A stretch of DNA of 64,000 nt from Bugula neritina (GCA_964035545.1 OZ037765.1:30069504-30133503), one strand, 5' to 3'. Shown: positions 37,301 to 52,300, counted from the stretch's first letter. Numbers and translations are program-made. Notes: a model not told the origin generated them from the sequence alone.

Positions 37301-40300
37301 TTGCTTATTTTAAAAATATTTTAGTTTAAGACAACTGAGATGATATATAGTTGGAGAAAGTGTCTCATCTTTTTAATTTATGTTATATGCTAATTTTTAA
37401 ATCAAGATATTTTATTGCTTCAATACTTGAGGTGGCCTGGGCCAGTTCTGCTCTTTGCTGGGAAATAATGTTTAGAGGTTGAATATACTTTGACTTTTCA
37501 CTACAAACTACAAAGTGGTTTAAGTTGTTAGCAACTGACTGTTTTGCCACTTAGGCAAAGCTATTAATTAGATTAGTTTTGGTTTGAGTTAGATTACTGG
37601 TTGAAAGAGTTGATGTAAGTTAGAAGGTTGATAAGTACTGTTGATAGCTGCTTTATATTGTAGAAAGTGTCCATTGTCTTCCAGATTAACTTGTCATTGT
37701 GTTGTAGGATTAATTCAAATAATCCTCCTTTATAGAAATGTAAGGGATTCTTAAGTCATTCCCACAGCCTTTCCAAAGAGAGACTGTAAAATCCAGTGGG
37801 ATATACACTGCAGCTGCTGTTGCAGTAGTAATTTCATTAGCTAGTTGATTGTAGACTAGAAACTAGTAATCAGTAATGCATATTTTTAATTGGCCTGATA
37901 GTATTCTCTCAACTGAGGGGGGAATTTATTTATTATTTCTCTGATGCTTTGAGCTGTAAAGAAAATACTGCTAATTGCAGCGCTGTGTAGTGTACTAGTT
38001 GAATTCTCTCTATTAATACATCAGCAGTTATTGCTAGCAATTAATACTGTGCTGGCAGTTGAGATTACAACCAATCTTGTTACTTCGTGATAGATGCCTA
38101 ACAACAAAGTGTTAACTCACTAATATTCACTCAATGTGTTCTCTCAAATCTTCTATTACTTTTATGCTTCTAAATTTCATTTGTTTGCTTTTGTATAGTT
38201 GATGGCACAGAGCAAGAAGACCCTGAGCTCAAAAGAAACATCCGGGACAGATATCCTTTGCTAGACTGTGTATTGGCCTTATTGTTTAGCATGCATTTTA
38301 ATAGCTTCCTGTTTGAATGCTAAAGTATTGCTACACTTTGATCTGTGTTGAAATTTCAGTGAGAGGTTGAGTGGTTTTCTAATAGGATTAGTTGAGAATG
38401 CCTCTATTTCCTAGTAAAGAGTCAGCCACTGGGACACTGCTGAGATTCTTAGAACCTCTCTTCCAGATAACCGCCTCTGTCTGGCCTTTGCTTATAAATA
38501 AACACCTCTTTGATTTTACCAGAAGTGCTAGCCATAGCAGCATGCAACTTGCTCAGTCATCATTGTCTAATTATTGACTGGGTTTAAAGCCAGCAGCAGT
38601 AGAGTACTTAATTCCACTGGAATTTTAGAGATAAACCCCGATTTATAAGTATTTGGTTTAAGATAAAAGAAGATAAGAATATGACATTCCCTAGACACCT
38701 AACAACATAGTCTGGTGTGGAAATTGAATAGCCGATTAAAGTAAACTTTTCTCTTGTAATCCAACCTAAGTCTCTCAGTCAGGACAACCACTGCCCACCA
38801 CTAGGACATGACCACCATAATACTAATGATCAGCTATGATGTTAACCTGTTATGTATATCCTATTGTAATACACAGACAAATGTGTATCAAATTCCTATT
38901 CATTAAAGATTATTTCTCCTTAACTGTTTTTAATGAACGTGGTTGACGGAAATCTTCATAGAACGATCAGGAAGCGTTGTTGGCGTCTTACCAGAGAGTG
39001 AAGTCATCAGAACTGTACTTGGTCTGAGTCCCGCTGTAGACACTCAGTATATTCATCAGAGACTCAAGGTCGGCAGCGTGGCAGCGGTGCTACTTTGTTT
39101 TTGCCAAGTTGGCTCAACTAAGCCTTGGCAGCCACTTAATGTTCAGCTAAGATAGAGCAAACAGCTGGGCAGTTTTTACAGCTCCTAAATACTAAGATGA
39201 TTTAACTAATTCTTTGCCGAATTACAATTGTGCCTGAAAATTCTGACACTCATCCAGTCATTGGTAGTAGTTACTAGCAGTAGTCACTGATAGTAACAAC
39301 TTGTAGTAGTTACTATCAGTAATTACTGATAGGATAGTAGTCACTGGTAGTAATTACTCTTAGTATTTACTGGTGGTAGTTGCTGATGACTAACCACCGG
39401 TAGTAATCACTGATAGACCTTAGTAGAAATAGTTGCTGCTGGTAGCCACTGTTTAAGCTAGCATTATACATCATTGGCAATACTTTTCTGCTTGTACAAG
39501 CATCTGTCATATGGTTGTAAGGAAAGATTGATTTTGCTGCAGGAACTGTACAGCACTGACAGAAGTAACGCCAAGGGAATGCTCAACTGTGATGAGTTTA
39601 TCTCTCTGTATAAAGACGTAGCTAGTCGGCAAGAGATCTACTTTCTTATGACCAAGTAATCTTTAGCTCCTCTAGCTCAGTGCCTTTGTCCTAGTTTGTG
39701 TAAAATATTCATGTGATAGATGAAATATGTGCTGCAGTCACTTCTTTCTGTCTGAGGATACATTTCTATGTAGTGAAAAGAAGTTTTTGTAAAATAATTA
39801 GTGATATTAGTGAGTATTTTTTCAATTAGTAGAATTGTTCTATAAGCAGCTTTGAGTTGGGGATTCTAGAGTTTGGAGTCGGGTTTAGGTTGGAACTTTT
39901 AACCCCCAACTTCAAGCTCGAGAACCCAAACTACTGCATTCATTCACCCTCAACTCGGAGCTGCTTATAGATGATTTCGTAAGAGTGGCTCCTGCTGCAT
40001 GTCTCCCGACTATTTCATAGGTATGGCAACTCCAACGACTATATGAATGCTGAAGAACTGATGCTTTTCTTGGAAACTGAACAAGGGGTATGTATAACTT
40101 TAGTGAAGTGTATGTATAACTTTAGTGAAGTGTACGTGTTACTATAGTGAAGTGTACGTATAACTGTAGTAAAATGTACGTATAACTTTGAAAATAGGGT
40201 GTATAAATTTTACAAGGAGAATAATTTTCACAAAAAAACTCATTCATACATTCACTAACAGATTTGTGCAGCAACTAAAACTGTCATGAGTAGTTTGTGT

Positions 40301-43300
40301 AAAGTTTTATTTAATATTAGCAATAATAACGTTGATAAAGTGTCAGAATGGTGTCTGCATGCCGCTGAGCTCATCTGTCACCTGCTGTAAAGTGTCTAGT
40401 ACATCAGATGTACTCTCATTAGTTGTGTTAGACTCTGTGATGTAACATTATGCTATAGAACATGTTGTTTAGAAGAATCTTGTACTAGTAGATCTGTAAT
40501 CTCAACTGAGTAATTGACAGAACTTTATGATACAATATCTGCTACCATTATAACATTAGAAATATATGAGCTCTTCTAGGATGTGTACTAGATCATGGTC
40601 ATTTTAAGTGTAGAACTCATAGGTACTGTGGGATAGGCCAATGCTGTATTCCTAACTTAAACAATTTCAGTTATTGACTGTTGGATAATCTAATTGCAGA
40701 TATGCGATATGTCTAAAACATGCTGTGAAAAGCTGATTATTGATTATGAGCCATCAAGAGAAGGCAAAGCTAAGATTTTACTGGGCATAGATGGTGAGTA
40801 TATTACTCTGCTATGTTACTGTACTTATTGTACTTACTGTACTTACATAGTAAGGGTTTCCACTTGTTCAACTCACAAACCTCATCGCTCAATCAAATTA
40901 CTGTCATGTTGATTGGTCAATTCTCTCCAATTGCCACTTCTCTGGTCATCAAATCTAACATACAGAATTTGTACAAGTTTCTCATTACTGTTTTCTATTC
41001 ATCTATTCAAATTTAGTTTCTAACAACGTTATGTAATTTTCTTTTGTTAGAAGCCTTTCACCTCTAGGCAATCATTTTCTAACATAAAGGAATGAATTAC
41101 TTCAAATGCTACAATTTATAATTTGAATTTTTTATCTGATTAACTTTAACTCTGCTATTTATAACTTTACGTAGCATCTCTGTTCTATATCGCATTCCTA
41201 TATACATTCCAATGTCATAACGCATAGGTTAAAGCCACGTATAACTGTTTCTAGTTTTTTAATGGAACTATTTCTAGCTCTCATTGCAATCTAGCTCTTA
41301 GTATACTGGTAATAGCAACTCACATTGTTTAATTTGTCTAAATTTATATTTTGCTAACGGGAAAAATTGAAAATAAAGATAGAAGATGATTTAACTTTTC
41401 AACGGCATTTTCTTATGTTATTCTCATTTCGGATAAACTAAACTATTTCAGAAATTTCTAAGAGTTGAGATTATGGAGCGATTTCTAAATTGAAAGTTAT
41501 AAAGAATGGAGGATGGCGTTTTCAGTAGCTTGAATGACCTAGCATTATACTTTTGCTAACTCTAATCTTCCTACAATTTATACTTATTGTTTACTAGAAG
41601 TCATTGTTCTGCAGAAGTTATTGCCAAATTAGAGATATTTCTATTAGTGTCATATTGACACCCGAATCATGTAGATAATATTGGACTTCTTGCAACACCT
41701 TGGTAACATGGTAATAAACTACCTTATTGCTGCAGACAATGCAAAGAATCTTTTTCTTCAATTAGCAAGGACACAAAGTATTTGTTATCAACCAAGTCTA
41801 ATTATTCTGAACTTGCAACTTGCTTTGTATAGCAACTAAGGCTCTCAGTTGTTTTGGAGCTTCTTCTTGGATTTTATTGAGAACTAATACCTGGATGTAG
41901 TAAAATGAATGCACATGAGTCGAAAATTCAGTAATGAATTTGTTTTAGTACATATATGCAGTTTTTTTCATTATGAATTTTGGAATTTCTGTCTAAAACA
42001 CAGCTAAGATAATCTTTTATCACCTTGCTGAACTGTGGTTGGCTAATCAATTTGTTCTCTGGAATGCCACTCTGGTCACCTTCCAGTATACAATAGTCAG
42101 CTAGGATGTTGACATTTAGCTGTAAAGGTCAATTTACATTTCAGTGTCAGGTGCTTATTGTGAAAGTTGAATGATTTTAGAGTTAAAGTCAATAAAAAGT
42201 TATTTTATCTCAAATAATAATGTTGATGTAGAACGGTTACTGTAATAGGCTATAATATATTTTAAAATATATTATATGAATGTTATCTTCTTGGAATTGG
42301 AAAAATAGTCGTTTTATTTTGTATTGAATTACAAGATTTGCTCATATTCTTATCATACCTACAAGATTTTTTAAATCAAAATTTTATTAGTTTTGTATTT
42401 TATTGTTTTCTAAATTTTCATCACTCACATTCAAAAAGCTTGCCTGTAAATTTTTTTCTTAAAAATCAACATTTAAATATTCCAAACATGGCGGTCTATG
42501 CCTGAATAGATCCTCCTCATTATAGAATGTAGAAAATCTCTCAAATCATATGTCGTTACCGTTTCGTCACCCCGCAACCTAATCAACAGCTTGCTGGACT
42601 GTGTATTCTCAGTCATACTGAAATATTTTGTATTTATTTAGCTTACGTCATTCCTTCACTGGTGTATGTTATATGGCACGTGTTTACAAGTGTTTATATT
42701 ATGTTGGACAGGTCTGCTGGCGTACCTTCTCAGTGATACCTGTGATATATTCAACTCTAGACTACATGCTGTCACACAGGATATGGACCAGCCTCTCTCT
42801 CATTATTTCATCAACTCTTCTCATAAAACGTGAGTTCAAGTCCCGTAATGAGACCATCTTAATAGTTGCCCAGTCATACTTCTGTTTGTAGTAAACATGC
42901 ATGGAAACCGCAAAGTCTTTTACTGTAATATTTATTGTTTGTTATATAATGGTAATATAAGGTTTGTATTTAGGAGGTCTAGGAACGTTGCCAAGAGCAA
43001 TAGTAAAAGTCACAATTGCTGGCAATTTGCAATTTTTGTTTTGGAGGCAAACTTTTTGTTCAGATAGTATATATTGTATAAATCCAGTTTAATATGCAGT
43101 CGTAATTTTATTCCCATATTTTTTCCATGCATAAAGGCAAGACGAGTGAGAAAAATGCTTCTTTTTAAATGACAGGTGTCTTCCATTGAACTGCAAATTC
43201 TAGCTAAATTTCTAGTTCAACACTTTTTTGTTAAAAGTTATCAAGTAATTTTATTTGCTGAGTTGCTAGGCATTGCTATGCTTGATGTCCTGTTTGGTGG

Positions 43301-46300
43301 TATTACTAAGTTCTTCTGTGCACCAGTCATTAGGTGTCAGTAATTATGACCCGTATATGGCATACTTTATGAGATTTTCTAGTAAAATTATCACCTAATA
43401 TTGCTCTGCCTACTGATTATTAATACAGGAAGTTGTGAATGTTTCAGATACTTGTTAGAGGACCAGTTGAAGGGACCTTCTTCTGTCGCTGCCTACACCA
43501 GAGTGTTGAAACAGGGCTGCCGGTACATAGAAAGTGAGTCAGCGACATGTTACTGCATTGCTGCCACTGTGTGTAATACTTAGTAAGCAATGTAAGTAAA
43601 TTCATTGTAATATCTGAGTTATCTCCCCGTGTAGTTGACTGCTGGGACGGCCCCACCGAGCCCATCGTGTACCATGGCCGAACTCTCACCTCCAAGATTC
43701 TCTTTGCAGATGTTATTTCTACTGTCAATGAATACGCATTCCTCTCTTCTCCGTACGTACAGTTGAATATATATATATATATGTATGTACGTACAGTTCA
43801 AGATATGTGTATCTGTATGTACAGTTCAATAGATATGTGGGTCTATCATTTCTCTGCTACAATAAAGCTGTGCATATTTTATAAATATATACGTACAGTG
43901 TAGCATGTCCAGCTATGATGCCTAATCACCTGTAATATTTTATTCATCATAATATTATTCTAGTTATGTTATAATAAAACACTTTATAGTTGTTATTAAT
44001 AGCATGACGTAATGCTTGCACTACGTCATATTCCAGGTGTTGGATTGTATTTTATTGCTGTGTATTATGTTTAACCAATTTCCTCCTATGTGATGATGCA
44101 GCATTCCTTAGTCTTTAAAGATGCTTTTTCTTTTCAGCTAGGCTCTTCACACACATGTAGTAGTTTATGGTTTTATACAATGTGTTGTTATAGTATAGTT
44201 TTATCTGCGGTTTATGCTACATATCTTTTGCTACATGTTTATTTATAAGAAAGGACCGCTAACCTCTCTAAACTTGTGCAAATTAGTGTAGTTTTAATAC
44301 TCCAGCTCTGCGAATACCATATTTATTAGAACAATATTGCGATGAGTAAATTTGTGCACCAATGCGTGTAAAATGGTAATATGAAAATATTTTCACAACA
44401 AGGTGTAACAACCTACACTTTATTATAACAGTATATAGGCAGCATATTAATGAAGGTAACGTTGTTTGGCAGCACCTACCAATGTGTACAATGGCTCATA
44501 CTGGTGGTTGTGTATGCCCTGTGTATGCCAGTGTTGGGTGCTGAAGAACTAGGCTAAATTGACATTTTTACTGCGCATTTTCTGCTCTGATAATAATAGT
44601 ACTAAGTACATTCTTCTTTAGCTAAAAATATAGAGGTGGTTGTTCCAACTACTGCATATATTACATAAATTGCATTACATAAGGCATTTACTACCACCAG
44701 CAGTTGTAATTTGGTATGAATGAGTAAGCTATTAATTGAATGTACTACATTAGTATGGCCTTTACCAGTTGTTACCTAGTGCATGTACTCCATTACATCT
44801 ACAAGTGGTAATAAATAGGAATTTTATTATATGCATTCTTTGCTTTACCTTAGAAGTTGATGACCCCATAGAAAGTTATTGCTTTAAGATATATTAGTGC
44901 AGCAAACACTACTTTAGTTGGTTCGGCTATAATCACTCTTTTTATATTGAAAAACTGTTTTCAGTATATTGACTTTCATGATTTTCAGTTGATACATATG
45001 GAGTCAAATCTCATAGAACTGAAATGTAATGCAAGGTGTTTGTTGACATCTTACAGGTACCCTCTGATAGTATCTCTAGAAAACCACTGCTGCCTGGAGC
45101 AGCAGCGAGTTATAGTTGACATACTCAAGACTAAGCTGGGAGATAGGCTCTACACAACCCCCATCAATGGCAACACCTCCGTTCTTCCCAGTCCAAACCA
45201 ACTCAAGTATAAAATCCTCATCAAGGTGTGTTGAATCTTAGTCGCTGTAGAGGTTAAATGTTTGCTAAAGACTCCAACTCTTGTTCCAAGATACTGATCA
45301 GAATGCTGCTGAAGGTCACGAACTCCAGTTATTGTAAATTATGACTCAAGTTGAAGTGTTGTAGATTTGCTGTGCAGTCAAACAGCAATGTAAGCAAATT
45401 GGTAGAAGCTTTTCAGCTTCGCTGTTGCTGAAATTGCTATAGGTTTGCTAATGGCTGATGGTAGGCAAAGTTCACCCTTCAAAGGTTGTACTGTATTGTT
45501 CTAGTGTAAGAAAATTGAAGACACCAGTGATATTATCTCTGCACACGGATATGTGTCAGAGGAAGACAATTCTGTTGAAGCCGACTGGAAGAAAATTACC
45601 CGGAAGGTAAGAAAATTCGTCTGCGTTTGCAGTATGTGCTGGTCTTTAGCAGCTTTGTTCTCTTCGTGAGCTTCTGTTCTCAAGTGTGAGTTTGTGGATA
45701 GACATCATTGAGTTTTTATGGTTTTATGTGTCTTACACAGACTTGTTAGCTATCTGCTTTACTAGTAAGTGGAACTTCAAACTGGGATGAGATTTAGTAA
45801 GGGACGGGCTGCATTTAGCCTCCGAAATTATTTGGTGCTCAATTTTTGATGTTGTTTATTTTACAACGAAGGTTCATAATGTTAATATATTCAGTGCCAT
45901 TTTATGTAGAAGCATTAGAAAGCATTTTATGGTTATTTTTAAGACTTGTTATATCTTTTTTCATTATTTGTTTTGGTACAATTTAATTCTGTGTAGTTTC
46001 ACTGCACACCTACGCTACTTGTCACCCAAGTGTCATTCACTTGAACTTGCATTTTGAGTTGCTTTTGGTGTCTGCACTACCTTCAGATACTACCATGACA
46101 TGATGTATTATGCTGGTGCCTTTGCTTGCCTCGTGTTGCTACATTGTCTTATTGTGTGCATTTTAGAGCTCCTTTAAGTGTAGAGCTAAACCTGCTAAGG
46201 TAACTTTTTATTTAACTTGGTTCTGCTTGGCTCTGTAATCACCTCTTCTGGCATTTATAAGTACCTCTGGGTTATACAGCAATATACATTCCCCAGTTGC

Positions 46301-49300
46301 ACTCTGCTCTTACCACTCCAACTCACTCCACTGTGTCATGGTTTGGCCCAAACCGCAACACCCAGTGCTTAGTCCTTGACGTTGAGTAAATGCTGAGCAC
46401 GTGTTAGTTTAGTTTAGTTTTTGTATTCAATTTACTTAAATATGTTATAATTTATATATATTTTTTGCTTCCATTCCCATAGCTTAGTATATTCTAGTAC
46501 ATTCTAGTATATTCTAGTACATTCTAGTATATTCTAGTATATTCTAGTATATTCTAGTACATTCTAGTACATTCTAGTATATTCTAGTAGGTGAGCCTGG
46601 GATACTCATAGTGTTCACTTAGGAACTCTTACAAGCAATGAGTTGGTAGTTGCAATGCTATGTTAGCTGGTTTGTTTGAAATCCTAGCAGCTGACGAAAG
46701 TTGTTGAACTCTTTACTATATATAAAAGCGAGCAATAATCCCTTAGCTTAACCTGCACACTAACACCCTGGGACTGCTGCTGTATTGTGTGTGTGCCTCT
46801 TACTGCAGAGTGACTTCCTTTGTGCTGCCTTGTGTAGTGTGTGTGGCTATGCCCGTTATAGTCACTATCAACTCCCTCTCATGGCTATATGTAACCACTT
46901 CGCTGTCAGTTTACTTATGGAGTTGTTGGTTCAAATATTCCTCCTTTTTAAACAAATTAATCCTCTTTTTTAAACAAACTATAGTCTTATTATTTTACCT
47001 TATACAGTCTAGACTGTTGATAGATACCTGCATACGTGTAGCACGGTCTATTTCTTCACTTCTATTAGCAAATGAGGGTATTATTCTATAGTTATTAATT
47101 GAAGTCAGGAAGCCTAGTACTGATACTGTAGTTGTAGTTTAGTTACCACTGAATGCATAGGTATATACTACACTCTACAGTATCTATATGCAAGCCTTGT
47201 TTTGTTTCCAATAACATTTTGGGCATAACTTTTTGGTAAGATTCTAATTATGTGGTTAGAAGAATAATTAATAAAAAAGCATTACTTTAAGGCAGCCATT
47301 ATAGTCATTTATAGTACAATTTAAATGAAAAAATATAAATATCATGAGAAGATAACTGCCTGACAGTATGGAGCCACTCTTGTGCATCTTGTGTTATCAG
47401 CATATTAAAGTTGTTATATTGCTGAGTGTAACAGCACAAACCTTTCTCATTCTGGTGGGAAGTAAAGAAATAAGTAGGAATACACACAATGTGCTCAACA
47501 TATTGATCACTTTTGATCTTGTTCCAGTTTTTTGGATACATTAAACCAACAAAATATGTTATTATTTAGAATTTGCGCTCACAACTTAGATTTTGAGTCA
47601 CGTTTATGCAGTTTTTAATTTTTCAAGCTACAAAATCTGATGAAATACCAGTTTCTATGTTTAGTGTTTGTGGTGTAAGCTAATTTATCAACTGTAATAA
47701 TGTTATTCAAATTTGTTCACCGTATAAAACTTTTTATCAAATTTATTCAAATAAGTTATGGTGTCCCTTCATCTCTACTCTATCAAAGAATTCAAAAACG
47801 TGCTTTAAACTTTATTTAAACAATTGGTACATTTCTAGTTAATTTGTGCCAAATATTTGATTTATTGCCACCATAGACTATATAGTTTAGATGTGAGTCT
47901 GAACATATATAGTATGAATACAAGTCGGCTACCTGAGCTAGTGGTGTTACTGATAATAACAATCAGTGTTTTCATCTCGATATCTCGTTAATCCAATTAC
48001 ATCTGTAACCAGCCACCTGGGAAATTAAGTAAACACACTATAAATTACTTTCTCTGTTATATCAGGGATGATATTTGCTGAGATTCAATGTTATTGACCT
48101 GTTAATGCTCAGTTATATAATTTGTTTACATCAGGAGCCTTCCAAACAGATGCCTATGTTGAGAGAGTTATCTGACCTTGTCATTTGGTGTCAGTCGTCT
48201 TCCCTTGAACAGTTTGCTCAACACGGGCAGTCCCGTAAGTTTAACTTTGAGTTTGGGAGATTATCTGATGTGTGTTGACTGTTTACCAAAAATGTGCATC
48301 AAGAATTGTTTTTCTAAATTCCAATTGCCGGCCTATAGTTCCACGTGTTTTACTTTATAGCAAAGCAGAATTCATTAATTCAAACTTAATTTATGACTGA
48401 CTGAGTATAAAACTCTGTTATTCACCCAGTCTTGGCTCTTTCTAATAAAACATGACTCATAGTACCGTCTGCATAGGATATTCTGCTGCAGAGAAGCCGT
48501 GGCATGTTACATCAATGAGTGACACTTTGGTCCATCGACTCATGGAGTCGTCATCTGCACTGATGGAGGAGCGAATAGCCTGCAATAGACACTGTCTGGC
48601 CAGAGTTTACCCCAGCTGTTCCAAGGTGGACTCCAGTAACTATAACCCACAACCTATGTGGAACTGTGGCTTCCAGATTGGTGAGGAAATGTAATTCTGA
48701 CTCTTTGGTTTTGTGAGTGGCTGACGTGTCATATATGTTCCATGCCAAGTTCAATGGTGGTTTTATGCTGTACTCTGTATGAAACCTATTGATGTTATAT
48801 GTTAATGAAAACAGGGTCTATCTTTGAGATGTGAGGAAAATTTGCAGAAATCAGACAAATTTGTTTTTAGGTTCCAGTTTATTCAAAGCAACGGTGAAAT
48901 TATAAAAGTAGATTTATCATTTCTCATATACTCTGTTATTGTCTAGCTTGTGCCACAGATATTATAAAAGTAGAAATGTCATTTCTGATTTCTCAGATAC
49001 TCTGTTATTGTCTAGCTTGTGCCACAGATATACTGTCATTTATAATATCAATAGTTTTATACGGAATGTAACCGGAAAGTGTCAGCACAACTTAAAATGT
49101 GTGATAGTCTAGCAGAGCTACAACTCAACTCATTTCCAACTGTGACTCTCAGTTTGACAGATATATAAACTTGTTGTGTAATTGGAGTTGCCTTTTCAGG
49201 TTAAATTGGATGTTGCCAGTGATCACCTATTCTTGGAATATTTGCCAGTGTCTTGTTATAATGCAATAATGCAAGGACGTAATGTTGTTACATAGGGGTA

Positions 49301-52300
49301 TATAATACACTGGTGGTGTGAGAGTTTTCCACTCTAACAACCTGAGTCAGGGCAGACAACTACCATTTCCATGATTACTCTTATAGTTGCACTCAATCAG
49401 CAAACCCAAGGGCTAGACACGGACCTGAATATTGCCAGATTTAAAAGCAATGGCAGTTGCGGGTATGTGTTGAAACCAGCCATTCTGCGCCAGCCTTCAG
49501 CTGTCTTCAATCCTGAGGCTACAGGTCCCCTTAACCTTCCAGGAGTTGTCCCTCGTGTCATACAACTGAAGGTAATGTTAGTGTAAGCTGCATAGCCAAG
49601 TGGGCACTGTACTTCATCTTAAGTTCTTTTTGTTATTCACATTATCCAGGTCATTGGAAATTTGTCATGTGCTCAAACTTTACAGTTTCAAGTCTTTCAC
49701 TATTCGAAATACATTCGATTTTTTTATTATATATAGTAAATATAGTACATATATAATATGTTGTTTATATAGTTTATTGTATAGTACTTTTCTTGTGTAA
49801 TGCAGGTTATTAGCGGTCACAGATTTCCCAAGCCCCTTGGCTCAACCACAAAGAGCTCTATTATTGATCCCTACGTGCTTATAGAGATGTTTGGTATTCG
49901 GGCAGATTGTGCTAATTTCAGAACTAAGACAGTTCCTGGTAATGGTGAGTAGTGAGTATACACCATTATATGTATGTAACGGTTACACATATGGTGATGT
50001 GTTGAGTAACTACAGAGATGTGTTGAGTCACTACAGAGATGTGTTGAGTCACTACAGAAATGTGTTGAGTCACTACAGAGATGTTTTGAGTCACTACAGA
50101 GATGTGTTGAGTCACTACAGAGATGTGTTGAGTAATTACAGAAAGGTGTTGAGTCACTACAGAAATGTGTTGAGTAACTACAGAGATGTGTTGAGTAACT
50201 ACAGAGATGTGTTGAGTAACTACAGAGATGTGTTGAATTATCACACCTACTTTTGTAGGTCAGAATCCCTTCTTTGACGAGAGTTTCACGTTCTACACTC
50301 ACTTCCCTGAGATGGCTCTGTTGAAGTTTACTGTGTTGGATGATGAGTTCATAGGGGATGAGTTTATTGCTCAATACACCATCCCTGTTGACTGCATCAA
50401 CACCGGTTAGTCTTTTGTTCAGGATGACAACATATATTTAATCTACTGCAATATGGTTTATAGGTGGTGTTTTTAGATAATACGTCATTTTATCTTGATA
50501 CATTTGATATTATACTTAATTTATATTGCATTTCTTATAGAAATGTTTCAACTCTTGTCTAATATTTTTTGCTGTAAAAACTCTTTTACTAATAAACTAT
50601 GTCTATGAGACAATATTATTCTCTATGTAACTTTGACCTTTGACCTAGTTGGTGGTCAAAGCACATATCCCTGTGTATTGTCAGTATACCATGGACACTG
50701 TGTGTATGTGCTGTAGGCTACCGCCATATCAACCTGCTCTCTAGTGCCGGCAATAAGCTGGCAGGATGTACACTCTTTGTACACATCACGGCAACTCACG
50801 GAGCTGACAAGGTACGTTTTTCTATCTCCACATCTCATTGGACAATGACTATTTGATTTTAAATAAAATTTAGATTCAAAGATGCATTCTAAAGTTTAAA
50901 AGTTTCTTTCATTTTTAGACATAAAAATGTGCACCATTACATGTATGTAACAACTTGGATATGCAAATAAGTATTATTTGTAGCTTCCATGTGTACTAGC
51001 CATATATTGTATACTTACATGTTACTAAATGTAAAGAAAGTCACACTTATAGCTTAGTAAGTGATGACAGGTTCATAGTAAGTGTTCAGTGTAGGGAAGC
51101 AATGAACATGCCATTTGAAATCACAGAGTATTGCTGCTGTAATAATTGATCAGGCGTTTTTAAAGTAAAAGTGGCCCAACACTCATTTCAGTGAAGAGTT
51201 AAGTTGTTCTCATTATGGCGTGTGCTACGTCTTTTCTTAGAATCAGCTTTAGAGTTTTCAAATTCTTAATTTTAGTACAATTTGCGGAATATTAATTGGT
51301 AATTGATGTTATTTATCTCATGATATTTATACATTGTAGAAACCGATGAAGCGGGGTAATAGTACACTGAATAGACTGAGAGTAGTCAAGGAAGCTATCG
51401 CCATAAAACTTGTTGGTATCAAGGCTATAGATGACACTACTAAGGTAAATATAAGGCTAAACAAATAAATTAAATAGTCTTTGTTTATTACTGCTTTTTT
51501 GCACTTTAGAAACCCTGTTATAATTGCAACACAAAATATATACCTGTAGTCACAACGCCCTCTCTCTACTCGTAACTCTCACTCTTGAGTTTTTACAGCA
51601 AATAATTTTGTTTCATTACAAGAAAATATTTGAGTCATTAGAGGTTTATTAAATGCACACTATGACCATAATGGGCTAAAACTTATAATACACATGTAGT
51701 AGTTGTCTACACATGACGCGTTTGTAGTGTCTAATCAACAACCTCAGTGAACTGGCGGAGCTAAAGTTTAATGTGGAGACGGCGCTGATAAAGTTCAAAG
51801 AGGCGTGCGATGTGGGCAGCGTGGCTAACATCAAGTACTGCGTCAGGACAATTGCCAACAGAGCGTGTAATGCTAAGGGACTCACTATCAAACTAGTGAA
51901 GAGCAGTGGACTGGTTAGTATTGACAACAGATATAATGAGAATTAAGATTTATCTTCTCTGTAGTGTATGTATTGTAATATAAGTATTTCTTGCATGCTT
52001 CTAATATGGAAAAATGACTTGCTATTGGAGTTGTGCTCTAAAAATATATGTATTTATCTTGTACTCCTCTCTCTATCTTGAATTGAAGGAAAACACTCAG
52101 TGCCTTTGGTAACTTTAGGTGTAACGGTAGCCCTAGTTCTTAGTAAAACCAGGGCTACTCTTTAACCTGCCCTTACTACATGCTTAGCCTTGGTTTTTGG
52201 AAAATATTTACCACCTTACACTGTGTATAGTAATATTTACCGTCTCTTTTAGCCAACCTTTATCATCTCTGATGGAACTCCTCCAGATATCCTGAAAAAG

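Noticed and set aside
49871-50374. Three repetitive ORFs and a CRISPR-like appearance
   Set aside because: Head-to-tail 21-bp minisatellite with no unique spacers, inside a PLCL intron.
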